A stretch of DNA of 60,608 nucleotides, counting the filler, from Candidatus Babelota bacterium (GTDB taxonomy: Bacteria; JAGOBX01), in NCBI GenBank assembly GCA_017999075.1. It is 12 parts of 12 records of this genome, joined end to end, with 100 filler letters (N's around TTAATTAATTAA, not from the genome) between each part and the next. Parts side by side here need not be neighbours in the genome. Positions count along the whole stretch, not along the records: positions 1 to 3,829 come from JAGOBX010000401.1; positions 3,930 to 7,756 come from JAGOBX010000402.1; positions 7,857 to 11,680 come from JAGOBX010000403.1; 9 more parts are not named here. One strand, given 5' to 3'. This document shows positions 1 to 10,624 of this stretch, piece by piece. Within the stretch, counting starts at the first letter, position 1. Each line of letters starts with the position of its first letter. Position numbers and translations under genes: made by a program. The notes beneath the pieces were generated by a model. That model saw nothing but the letters and a program-made list of their open reading frames with translations, searched no databases and had not been told where the DNA came from.

Positions 1-331
1 ATAAATACACAACAAATGATAGCGGCCGATAAAAATTATCGTTAAATCCAATACTAGCTAAAACGCTGTTTTTAAATAAATCGGGGAGATACTTAAAATC
101 AGTGATATATTTATTTCTTAGTATAAAATGTTCATCGTCAAAAAAAAATTCTCCATTTAAAGCAGGATAATAAATTATTAATGCAACAATAAAAAATAAC
201 ACAAAAACAATATAATCGTAATTTCTTTTTTCAAACCATGATTTTTCAGAAATATTTATATCCCCTATAAATTTTTCTGACACTGATTTATCAGGGTCTG
301 TAATTTTAATTTTTCTTGTTTTTTTCCCCAT
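1..331 (-). CDS. TMTC-like GT-C membrane glycosyltransferase, N-terminal fragment (runs off window start)
   Basis: Not in the ORF track. Manual translation from ATG at 331: MGKKTRK...YIVFVLFFIVALIIYYPALNGEFFFDDEHFILRNKYI...NFYRPLSFVVYL. TM helix followed by DD and YRPL motifs typical of TMTC/GT-C proteins. Confidence 0.7.
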   Translation of the reverse strand, partial: MGKKTRKIKITDPDKSVSEKFIGDINISEKSWFEKRNYDYIVFVLFFIVALIIYYPALNGEFFFDDEHFILRNKYITDFKYLPDLFKNSVLASIGFNDNFYRPLSFVVYL

Positions 332-406
332 GAATACAAAAAATTAAAACTGCGTTAAATAATTTAAAATTCGGTTGATTGAAAAGTTTTCCGTTCAGTT
401 ATTGTT

Positions 407-2413
407 TTATTCCGGCTTTCGGGAAAATCTTATGGTCATCAAAGCTGTCAGAGATTTAATTCCATCTTTAAATGTTATTTTTTTACCTTCGCTTTTAAGG
501 CGCGGAGAAAATTCTACAGGTATTTCAAGTATGAATTTATTCAGCATAGAAGCTTTAGCTATTATTTCCATATCCATATCTACTCCGTCTCTTTCCAATC
601 CGAATTTTTTCAAAATATCGGAATTAAAGGCCTTAAAACTCGTGAGCGGATCTGTTATATATTTGTTGTAAAGCAAAAGAGACATAATGCTCAATACAAA
701 TCCGCCATATTTGCTTAAGAAATAATGCAAATAATTTTTTTTATAAATATTCATTATTGAATTGTCAAGATTCATGCATTTAATCAGCCGGGTGCCGAAA
801 ACTATATCGAACTGTCCCTGAAGTATAGGCATTATCATTAAATTTATTTCATTAGGGTTATATTCATTGTCTGACGGAAAAAAAACTATAATATTTCCTT
901 TTGCGTTCTCAATCCCCAATTTTATTGCAGCTCCTCTTCCCTTACTTTTTTTTAAAGACAATACTTTAATATGACTTTCAGATTTAGCATATTCCACTGT
1001 TTTATCCGTCGAGCCTCCATCAACTACAATAATTTCCTTATTCAAGTTATAGTGATCAAAATTTAAAACAGAAAGTTTGTTTAGTACCTGTTTTATTGTT
1101 TTTTCTTCATTCAATGCAGGAACAATAATTGATAAGGTGTGATGAAACGGTTTTAATTTTATGTCACGTTTAGCTTGAATTATTTTAAGCAGTTCGTCAA
1201 GAATTTTCCCGCCAAGATGCTTGCCTGATTTATCCTCCCAATCAGATATCCGCACCTTTGAAACTGAATCGGCAAAATTATGTTCAGAAAAAGATATATA
1301 ATTAGGATTGTCAAGTTTGTCATCATTGCTTTTCTGAAAAAAATATTGAGTTACAACATCTTTTTTTTCAATTTCAATCTTAGATTTTCTCGATAAATAA
1401 AAATAAAACTTTTCTATCAATGAATTAATTGATTCGCTCTGTATATCGTAATCTCTATATATATTCGATACGAAAATTTTTTCTGCCGTTTTATTTAAAG
1501 ATATGCATTCAGCCAAATTACTTGTTAAATAAGTCGGAAACAACGAAGAATTTTGAGTACCAGGCCCATAAATAATAACATCCGCATTTTTCAATGAATT
1601 TTCCACTTCTCTGTTTAAAACCGCATTTTTCTCTGATTTTCTCAAAAATGCAAGTTTTTCGTCAAACTTCATTGATTCAATATTCTTTATTAATGATTCA
1701 TTGAAATAATCTTCTATCAAAAATATTTCTGATATATGAGACGCATTTTGAGGAGATACTATCTCTGCTTCATTTTTCAAAAATGTGTTATCCTGCTTTA
1801 ACCCGACCAAAACCAGATTTTTACCATCAGTAACATTCAAAACTTTTCCCTGAATACCGCAAAATTCCTGAAAATTATCAACTGCCGTGTTAAAATTTTT
1901 ATTTGATAAAATATAACAGCCTGCAAAAAAAATATTCCCGAGTGAACAATCCGAAAAATCAAATACATTATTCAGATATTTTTGTTCTTCGCAATATTTA
2001 TAAAATGCAGAACAATATTCTTTTAAAATCCTTACCTGCTTAACAGCCAAATTATTATAATTTTTGTTTATATTATCGTATATGCACGGTTTATCAAGAA
2101 AAAATAATTCTAATACATTAATACCTTCCGCATAACCGGCAGAAACAGGCAATCTGTGTTCGATTAAAAAATTCAAACTTTTTTCACACTGTTCTTTCAA
2201 AGGCATTAATCGTGAAATATTTTTTCTTACGTCTGATGGACCTAACATATTGCCTATAAATTTTCGAATTCTTCCTGTTGATAATCCGTCATCATACGTG
2301 TTTACTATCATAGTAATGTTTATCAGCGGATACTTCAAAATCGAATCTGTTATTGACTGAGTACCTCGACCGCCTGAAAATATAACAACATTAAATTTTT
2401 CTTCATTCATCAT
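407..2413 (-). CDS. Fusion of CofD/YvcK (UPF0052) family domain and C-terminal GT2 (polyprenol-phosphate glycosyltransferase-like) domain
   Basis: N-part: VVIFSGGRG, NTYDDGLSTG, GPSDVR, SLGNIFFAG, ADVIIYGPG. C-part: LSIIVPALNEE, IIVVDGGSTDKT, GRGAAIKLG, DIVFGTR, TDPLTSFK, ILEIPV. Confidence 0.85.
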   Translation of the reverse strand: MMNEEKFNVVIFSGGRGTQSITDSILKYPLINITMIVNTYDDGLSTGRIRKFIGNMLGPSDVRKNISRLMPLKEQCEKSLNFLIEHRLPVSAGYAEGINVLELFFLDKPCIYDNINKNYNNLAVKQVRILKEYCSAFYKYCEEQKYLNNVFDFSDCSLGNIFFAGCYILSNKNFNTAVDNFQEFCGIQGKVLNVTDGKNLVLVGLKQDNTFLKNEAEIVSPQNASHISEIFLIEDYFNESLIKNIESMKFDEKLAFLRKSEKNAVLNREVENSLKNADVIIYGPGTQNSSLFPTYLTSNLAECISLNKTAEKIFVSNIYRDYDIQSESINSLIEKFYFYLSRKSKIEIEKKDVVTQYFFQKSNDDKLDNPNYISFSEHNFADSVSKVRISDWEDKSGKHLGGKILDELLKIIQAKRDIKLKPFHHTLSIIVPALNEEKTIKQVLNKLSVLNFDHYNLNKEIIVVDGGSTDKTVEYAKSESHIKVLSLKKSKGRGAAIKLGIENAKGNIIVFFPSDNEYNPNEINLMIMPILQGQFDIVFGTRLIKCMNLDNSIMNIYKKNYLHYFLSKYGGFVLSIMSLLLYNKYITDPLTSFKAFNSDILKKFGLERDGVDMDMEIIAKASMLNKFILEIPVEFSPRLKSEGKKITFKDGIKSLTALMTIRFSRKPE

Positions 2414-2465
2414 AATTAAATTACATCGCCGGTTCTATATAATTTTATCAATAAGTAAAAACATT

Positions 2466-3269
2466 CTATAATCTTGATTTTAAAAATGAACTTATTTTTT
2501 TTACATCATTAATATCATTTATTCCTATTGTTTCCTCTTCTTCTATTATTTCAAGAAGTTCTGTTTCACCTGTTTCTTTATCGAATTCAGGAAACAACGG
2601 CAAAAAATTTATTTCCCTTGTTTTTGCGCCTATCAGATTTTTATTATAAATATTTTTTTTAAGAGAGTCAAATAAAGATTTTGTATTAAATAAAAATAAC
2701 CCGCAATCGCTTAATCCTGTTTCAGGCATCAAATCTCCTTCTCTCTGCTGCAAAACCTCTTTCAAACGCTTATTTTCAACTGAAAAATGAATATATGGTT
2801 TTTCTCTTCTATAAACAGGACACGTAAACTTCGCGTTTACTCTGGAGTTATGGGAAGCTATGCATTTTTCTATTGTTTGTTTTAATATAGAAACCTGATC
2901 TCCCCAAATAACAAGTGTATTTTTAGTAACTGCATATTCATATGATTTCAAAACAGCGTCACCCATACCCAAAGGTATTTCCTGAACCGCTATGCTGTAA
3001 GAATTTTTAATTTTTTGTTTAATATAATTTTCCACTATATCTTTTCCCGATTCTGATAATACAAAAACAAAATGACTGCAATAATCTTCAAGCAATTCTA
3101 TAAGCCAGTATAATATAGGCTTGTCGAGTATAGGATACAGTATTTTAGGCTTATCATAATTTAATCTCGTTCCTTTTCCTGCTGCGGGTATTACAACTGT
3201 CCATTCTTTTTTTAAATCTCGAGCGGATTGCGGCAAATTAGACAGGTCTTTAAAGGAATCAGTTTTCAT
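2466..3269 (-). CDS. Sugar-phosphate nucleotidyltransferase (GlmU-N/NTP_transferase family)
   Basis: VVIPAAGKGTRL..DKPKILYPI, Q..PLGMGDAV, LVIWGDQ, GIND motifs. ATG at 3269 overlaps the end of the upstream HAD gene (track start is TTG 3278). Confidence 0.85.
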   Translation of the reverse strand: MKTDSFKDLSNLPQSARDLKKEWTVVIPAAGKGTRLNYDKPKILYPILDKPILYWLIELLEDYCSHFVFVLSESGKDIVENYIKQKIKNSYSIAVQEIPLGMGDAVLKSYEYAVTKNTLVIWGDQVSILKQTIEKCIASHNSRVNAKFTCPVYRREKPYIHFSVENKRLKEVLQQREGDLMPETGLSDCGLFLFNTKSLFDSLKKNIYNKNLIGAKTREINFLPLFPEFDKETGETELLEIIEEEETIGINDINDVKKISSFLKSRL

Positions 3270-3829
3270 ATTTTTCAAGCAGCTCTTTCAATGAGTTTAT
3301 TATTTTATCTGCTCCGGCAGCAGTTAAATTTTCTATGGAATCTGTCCCTGATACAGCAAAAACTGTCAAGCCGGCATTTTTAGCAGATTTAATTCCTGAA
3401 ACAGCATCCTCAACAACAACACATTCTTCTTTTTTAACATTCAATTTTTCTACTGCTGCAAGGTATATGTCCGGTGCAGGTTTAGCTTTATTTACCATAG
3501 TGCCGTTTATTATACAATTAAAATAACTTCTCAATCCAGATTTATTTAAAAATAAATCAACATTCTCCGGAGATGCAGAACTCGCTAATCCGATCCTGTA
3601 TTTTTCACTCAGCTTTTTTATTACTTTTTCTGTTCCGTCAGCAATACATAAATTTTCTTTAAGCATTGCATTGGCAATATCCCTTTTTTTTTTGTCAGGT
3701 TTCTTATATTTGTTTCTGAACAATCGCAATATTTATTTTTTATCAATTCAGAATAAAAAACTTCATCAGTTCTCATTCCCGCATATTCTTGATAGTCTTC
3801 CATTTCAATTCCTATACCAGACAAAACTT
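3259..3829 (-). pseudogene. HAD-superfamily phosphatase (beta-PGM/CbbY-like), 5'-truncated by contig edge and frameshifted in a poly(A)10 tract
   Basis: Track ORFs 3621-3824 (YAGMRTDEVF cap region) and 3259-3729 (GLASSA, KPAPDIY, VVEDAVSGIKSAKNAG) join at T10 3684-3693; one extra A restores ...TKKKRDIANAM. Confidence 0.75.
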
Positions 3830-3929
3830 NNNNNNNNNNNNNNNNNNNNNNNNNNNNNNNNNNNNNNNNNNNNTTAATTAATTAANNNNNNNNNNNNNNN
3901 NNNNNNNNNNNNNNNNNNNNNNNNNNNNN
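3830..3929. other. Artificial contig-joining linker (N44-TTAATTAATTAA-N44); same linker at 7757-7856, 11681-11780, 15576-15675, 19468-19567, 23350-23449, 27220-27319, 31090-31189, 49108-49207, 52953-53052, 56782-56881
   Basis: Identical 100-bp block with a six-frame stop core, present 11 times; genes are truncated at each one. Confidence 0.99.
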
Positions 3930-4742
3930 ATCACTACCCGGTTCATACTGACCATCTATAACAAATTTATATTTATAAGAGCCGTCAGGTAAATTTAGTT
4001 CCAAATACCATTTGCCCAATCCAATATTTTTCATTGAATTAGCAGTAATGTTCCACCCATTAAAATCACCTGATACTGCAACTGATTTTGCTGTATAAGA
4101 AGTATAATTAAATATTATTTTAGATTGCTCGGTTTTTTCAATTTGAGTTCCTGGATTTAAAACATAACTGAACTTTAAATTATTATTTGTGACAAATTTT
4201 CCCGAAAATAAATAAACACCTTTTTTAACCTTATTCATCTTGTTGTCAAGTTTGTTTAATGTTAATGGTTTCAAATTGCCAAGAATACCTATTCCGTATT
4301 GAGGTTCTGTTATCGTTCCGGAAATCATCGCTCGCCTTAAATCTAAAATAAAATTCAACGTAATTTCTTTTCCTGGCAAACCACTATCAACATCGCTTAA
4401 TTCACTTTTTGAACCATAAAAATCAACTGATTTAACCTGATAATAATAAGGTATATTTAATACAACATTATTATCTACATATATTGACGAAACAGATGTA
4501 CAAATCATATTCCCATTTTTATATATCTCAAAATGAGAAATATCTATATCTTGTACCGGATTTATATTTATCGACAAACGAATTGCTCCGCTATCAGAAA
4601 AAACAAGAACATCAGGTTTTGAAGGAGTTAAATTCCAGTTATCATAATTATTTTTCTGAACAGTTCTTATTCTGTTTCCCATATTTTCCCAAACAGAATT
4701 ATTATATAAATATTTATATTTATAGTTTTTATTTAAAATCAT
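3930..4742 (-). CDS. In-frame continuation of the CBM/FN3 protein after TGA 4761-4763 (3'-truncated)
   Basis: Same frame as the upstream ORF (PG*WYITLPMILNKNYKYKY). Contains an FN3 module and CBM48 VSGDFNGW...GKWYLELNLPDGSYKYKFVIDG. Confidence 0.8.
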
Positions 4743-4760
4743 AGGAAGAGTTATATACCA

Positions 4761-7756
4761 TCATCCAGGAGAAGTAGGATGAGGATTTAACAAATTCGAT
4801 GTTTTAGACCAATTATTAAAATCTCCTGCTATTGAAAAATTATAAATATTGTTCTGACCACGAGTTACACCTGAAGCAAGATAAAATGTTACATTAGATA
4901 AAATTCCTGCAAGAGCTGATGCAGTATCTGATAACCCGCTCTCATATTTTGATAAGGTTCCGTCTTGAACCTTTATCTTATAGTAATAAGTATCCACATA
5001 ATTAACATCTGTATCTATATAAGAAGTTTCATGTAAGATTGATATTAAGATATATGTTCTCGTATATTTATTATATTTATATAAATAATAAGTATCCGCG
5101 TCGAAATCAGGTATATTCCATTCCAAAACAATTTTACCGCTGTCTGCATCTGTGATAATTACCGGAGACGATGGAGTGTCTCCCCAGTTATCATTGATAA
5201 TGATTATTCCTGTTGGAGAAGAATCAACAGTTAAATATCTATCAGAATGAATTTCATAATCAGCATCAGAAAAACTTGATTTAATATACTTATATTTTAT
5301 TTGAGTCCCAATTGTTACATTTGTTAAAATACCGCTCCAAATACCGTTATTGTCAGTATCAGAAAGTAATAGACCATTTTCATTCCATCCAGGTAAAGGA
5401 TTATCTCCGGCAACTCTTACAGAACTTATATTTGCCGATTTCCCTGCATCAACATTAAACTGAACATTTACAGGTTTTGAAACAGTGGCTTGAATTCTAT
5501 CACTGAAATAACCTTCAGTTTGAATATGTCCTGTTTCTACCGCAGTGAACCTATAATAATAAGTCGCTCCATTATTCAGATTATTGTCAATATATTGTGT
5601 ATCATTAATATTCAATAAAGCTATAAACTGATAATTAGTATTATTTGAATAAAAAGTTCTATACAGTTTATAATAAGCAATATCTCTAATATCCGAACCT
5701 GATAAACTATTACAGCTTATTCTTACAGAAGTTTCGCTTATAGCAGCCGCAGAAATGTTTGAGGGGGGATTCGGCAATTTACACCAATTGTCATTGAATA
5801 AATTATTATTTTGAGAAATTAATATTTTTCGGTTCAACCCTGATAACCCGATTTTTCTATTTCCAACAATTGATTCCCATTCCCCATTTATAATAAATTT
5901 ATATTCACTATTTTCCTGAATACCTGCTATTTCTATTATCCATGTATCAGTTCCTACAATTTTACGGAGCAATGGTGCATTTTCTCCATTATCCCAATTG
6001 TTAAAATTTCCAGCAATTTGAATTTTTTGAGCTGCTAAAGTTGAATCATAAAATTCAAAAACATATTTATCATCTTCTTCCCATTCAGTATAATTTACAG
6101 CATATTTATATTCATAGTTTACTCCTGGTTGCAGATATTTGGTTATTGTCCAAATATTATTACCTGAATAATACATCGTATCCTGTAACGGATTATAATC
6201 ATTTACAGAACTTACCCAACTTACAGTATCCGGTTTATTTCCTTTAATTTCAACATTAAAAGTTACAGGAACTGGAGTTTGAGTTTGTATTAAAACCTTT
6301 TGACTCCAAAACCCATCCTGAATAACAGAACCTGTTTCTACAGATATTATTCTATAATAATAAGTATCATAAATATTTAAATATTCGTCAGTATATGATA
6401 ATTGTTCTATTGGCAATTCAGCTAATAATTCATAACCGGAATCAATGTAATCAGAATTATTACTACGGTAAAGTTTAAAACCTATAATTTCCCGGGCATC
6501 ATTTGATTCTGGTAAATTCCACGTTAATTGAATCATTGTTTCACTCAAAGCTATTCCTGTAAAATTCGATGGAGGATCAGGCAACTTACACCAATCATCA
6601 TAAATTACGCCAGAATATAAAGGCATAATCTTACGATTATTTGAATGAATACTGGTAATTCTATTATTTCCATTTTCGATATTTCCATTTATAATAAATT
6701 TATATCCGCTATTTTCTTGAACCCCTGATATTTCAGTTATCCATGTATCAGTTCCATCTATTCTTTTCAATAGCGGCGCATTGATGCTTGTATCCCAATT
6801 GTTAAAATCGCCTGTAACTTGAATCTTATAAATATTTGAATCATTATAAATAAAAGTATATTTTATATCTTGTTCCCAAACCGCATCAATTGCACTGTTT
6901 AATACATATTTATATTCATAAACTAGATCAGATTGTAACAGCTTGGTTAAACGCCATTTATTATTTCCAATATATTCCATCGAATCAGATTTATTATCAA
7001 AATCATTCTGATTACTTGCCAAGTTTACAGTTGAAGGTATATCCCCTCCAATATCAACAATAAATGTTACATTTATTGGAATAGAAGGTTTTGCCGATGC
7101 AAAATTGCTGAATTGATTTGAATTTCCTGCTCCATCAAATGGATAAACTTTATAATAATAAATTGTACCTGTAGAAACTCCAGTATGTATATATGTATTA
7201 GAATCTTTATCTAAAGTAATTAACAATATAAAATTGTTAGTATCTGAATTGGTTGAATAATACAATTTTGCTCCAGTATAATCTTCTACTGAAAATAATT
7301 TATTCCATGATATTTGTATTTTTGATTCATCAATAACTTTAGTTATAATTTCTGTAATTGCATACGGCGTATCTTCCCAGTTTGACACGTATGTGTCTCC
7401 GGTCTGCGGCACTGTTATTTCACGCATGCTGCTTGATGTAGCAAGAGCATTGACACCTAAATACGAATTGTTTCCGCTCTGATACGCATTATACGGATCA
7501 AACACATGCTGATTATCGTCATTGTTAAGTTTGTATTTATATTCGTGTTTTCCTGCGGTTACATCGAGAACTGCTCTCCAGTATCCGTCAGGGTTCAATG
7601 TCAGATCCTGTTCATTCCACCCGTTGAAACCGCCTTTAACTACTACACGCGTATCTGTTCCGTTATACGGATATATGAACAGGTGTTTCCTGTCTCCTGA
7701 ATACGGAAATTCGTTAGTCAGCGTTGTATCTGAAACCGTGTAATACGAATATTTGT
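4761..7756 (-). CDS. Large CBM48/CBM20-like starch/glycogen-binding and fibronectin type III multidomain protein, upstream part (5'-truncated)
   Basis: Frame is open from the contig edge (7754). Repeated GxFNxW...YxYKY/F (CBM48), VTFxV..WE..NR..DxW (CBM20-like) and W..Y..YYY (FN3) motifs. Confidence 0.85.
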
Positions 7757-7856
7757 NNNNNNNNNNNNNNNNNNNNNNNNNNNNNNNNNNNNNNNNNNNN
7801 TTAATTAATTAANNNNNNNNNNNNNNNNNNNNNNNNNNNNNNNNNNNNNNNNNNNN

Positions 7857-9841
7857 AGTCTGACGGGAAAGTAATAGGGATGTTATATGTTGGAAGAAAG
7901 GAAATAAGTGTTACTTCTCTCATAGATTCAATAAAAAAAATTAAAATAGCGTCTACAGGATATGTGTTTGTACTAAATAGTAAAGGAGAATACATTATTT
8001 CAAAAGACGGAAAACGTGATGGAGAAAATATCTGGGAATCTGTTGATGCAAATGGAAATAAATTCATACAGGAATTTATTAAAAAAGCTAAAGAGCAAAA
8101 TGAAGGTGAATCAATTACATATTTTTATCCATGGAAAAATCTTGATGATTCAGGAATAAAAAATAAAGTAGCTGTTATAACATATTTCAAGGATTGGGAT
8201 TGGGTAATAGGTGCTTCGTGCACAGTTGAAGAAATGTATCAGCCATTAGTTAATTTAAAAAATATGCTTATAATAAAAATTATTTTATATACTGTGATTT
8301 TCTTTTTAATAGGGTATGTTTTTATTAAAGGAGTTATTAAAAAATTAAAATTATTCAGCGATATATTCTGCAAAGGGGCTTCAGGAGAATTGAATATAGA
8401 ATATCCGTTAAAAAATGTTAATTGTTCGGAGATTCGAGGATGCGGACAAAATGCATGTCCTGATTACGGAAAAGATGGTGTTTCATGCTGGTTTGATGTT
8501 GGAAGTTATGCCCCCTCTTTCGGTAAAGAAGTTCATTGTCCGCGTGTAAAAAAAGGATTGATTAAATCATGTCTTGAGTGCAATGTGTACCAGGAAGTAT
8601 GTTCTGATGAAATAAATACAATGGCTGCGTGGTTCAATAAATTCATCAGGATAATAGGAAGTCTGGTAAAAGAAGTTAAAAATTCTGCAAATTCTGTAAG
8701 CGGAGCAAGCGTTAAACTTGGTGATATGGTTAATAAAATAGCGTCAGGGTCAGAAGAAACCGCTGCAAGCGTTGAAGAAACAGCATCCACCATCAATCAA
8801 TTTGCTGCTACAACAAATCATATAGTTGACAATGTAAATAATCAGACTGCAGCTGTAATTCAGACAACTAGCTCGGCAAAACGTTTGTCTTCGGATATAG
8901 ACGAGGTAAATAAATCATTGATGGAAGTTAAAAGTTCAGTAAATCAGACTACGGCTGCAATTGAAGAAATGATACAGAATATAAAACAAATAACCGAAAA
9001 TATGAATATAGTTGACCAGAAATCAAAAGAAAGCGGTATTGCCGCAGTAAAAGGAAAAGATTCTGTTGATAAAGCTAATGCAGGGATTGAACGCGTTAAG
9101 AACAGTATGATTACTCTTGTTAATGTTATAGACGGGCTTGGTAAGAGTGCTGAAAATATAGGGAGTATTCTTGAAGTTATAGATGATATTTCTGAACAGA
9201 CTAATCTGCTGGCGTTAAATGCGGCGATTGAAGCTGCGCGTGCAGGTGAGCATGGAAAAGGTTTTGCCGTAGTAGCTGATGAAGTTAGAAAACTTGCAGA
9301 ACGCAGTTCTAAATCGACTAAGGAGATAGCAGATATAATTAAAACTATCCAGACTGAAACTCAGACCGCCATTGAATCAACGAAAGAAGGTGCGAAAAAT
9401 GCTGAAGAAGGAGTTAACCTGTCAAGACAGGTTAGCGAATCATTGAATGATATTTCTGCGAAAATAAATGAAATGAGCAGTCTTATAAAACATGTTGCAA
9501 ATTCAATGAATGAACAGAATCTTGCGAGCGAGCAGATTGTTAAACAAATGGAAAACGTTAATAACATTACTGAATCTGCAAGTCGTTCATCTGCCGGACA
9601 GGCTAAAAGCACATCAGAAATAGTTAATGCGATGAATGATGTTCAAAAAATTTCTGAGCAGATAAAAATAGCTATGAATGAACAGGCAAATGGAAGCGTT
9701 CAAATTAATACTGCAGTACAGCAGATAAGCGATACTTCTCAGGAAAATGCTAATTATGCTTCTGAAGTTTCAGAAGAAGCAGAGAATCTTAATAATATCT
9801 CAAATAATTTGAAAAGTAAGATTAATGTATTTAAAATATAA
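7857..9841 (+). CDS. Methyl-accepting chemotaxis protein (Cache sensor, Cys-rich insert in HAMP), 5'-truncated
   Basis: Open from 7859 ([12 protein letters not shown]); TGYVFV...[10 protein letters not shown] Cache motifs, TM helix, canonical [35 protein letters not shown]. Confidence 0.95.
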
Positions 9842-9928
9842 GTTTATAAATTTTGTAAAAAATGGAAAAACTGCCATTTGGAAACATTACCATTAATTCG
9901 AATTTTTAAAAAAGAACATAGGATTAGA

Positions 9929-10624
9929 ATGAAAAAAATCTTATATAATAAAATTATATTACTTATTTCAATTTTTATTTTAGTTAGCTGTAATGGTAAT
10001 AAAAAAAGTATTTCGGTTGAAAATGAAGTGAATTTTCATGGAAAAATTATCAATGGAATTCGAGAAATAATATTAAATACTGGAGAAAATAACATTTCGT
10101 TAAATATATATAGAGGCGATTATGTAATATTTAGAACATCCGATAATCAAAAATATTTATTACAAATTCCAGATTTAAAAATAAATCAAACCATTCCGGA
10201 ATTGACTAATTCTAAATCATATATCAAGTTTCCTGATTCAGGGACATTTGATTTTTTATTAGGAAGTATAAAAGGTAAAATTATGGTTCACGAATATAGA
10301 ACTTCTAATTACAAAGAGGTAACTGCATCTGAAGCTATTAATATTATAAATAATATTGAACCGGTTATTTTAGATGTCAGAACAAAAAATGAATTTGAAA
10401 ATGGTCATTTAAAAAATAGTATACTTATTCCTGTTCAGGAAATACAAAAAAGATATAATGAATTAGAAAAATATAAAACTTCACCAATATTTATTTATTG
10501 TGCTTCTGGAAATAGAAGTACAGTTGCTTCAAGAATACTAATTGAAAATGGATATAAAATCATATATAACTTAAGATATGGTATATCCGATTGGATTAGT
10601 AAAGGGTACCCGATAGAACACTAA
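9929..10624 (+). CDS. Rhodanese-domain lipoprotein
   Basis: Likely ATG at 9929 with lipobox ILVSC; ILDVRT..EF..GHL and active-site YCASGNRS. Confidence 0.85.
   Translation: MKKILYNKIILLISIFILVSCNGNKKSISVENEVNFHGKIINGIREIILNTGENNISLNIYRGDYVIFRTSDNQKYLLQIPDLKINQTIPELTNSKSYIKFPDSGTFDFLLGSIKGKIMVHEYRTSNYKEVTASEAINIINNIEPVILDVRTKNEFENGHLKNSILIPVQEIQKRYNELEKYKTSPIFIYCASGNRSTVASRILIENGYKIIYNLRYGISDWISKGYPIEH

Noticed and set aside
3830-3929. Recurring TTAATTAATTAA palindrome within N-runs as a biological repeat
   Set aside because: Identical fixed-length assembly linker. ORFs with X-runs and any gene adjacency across linkers are artefacts.
4761-4763. Genome-wide TGA reassignment (code 4/25) or selenocysteine
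   Set aside because: TGA ends znuB, dapF, pssA, tex and slt at their expected C-termini, no other long gene is broken by TGA, the site is not a Cys-equivalent position and no SECIS-like hairpin is evident.
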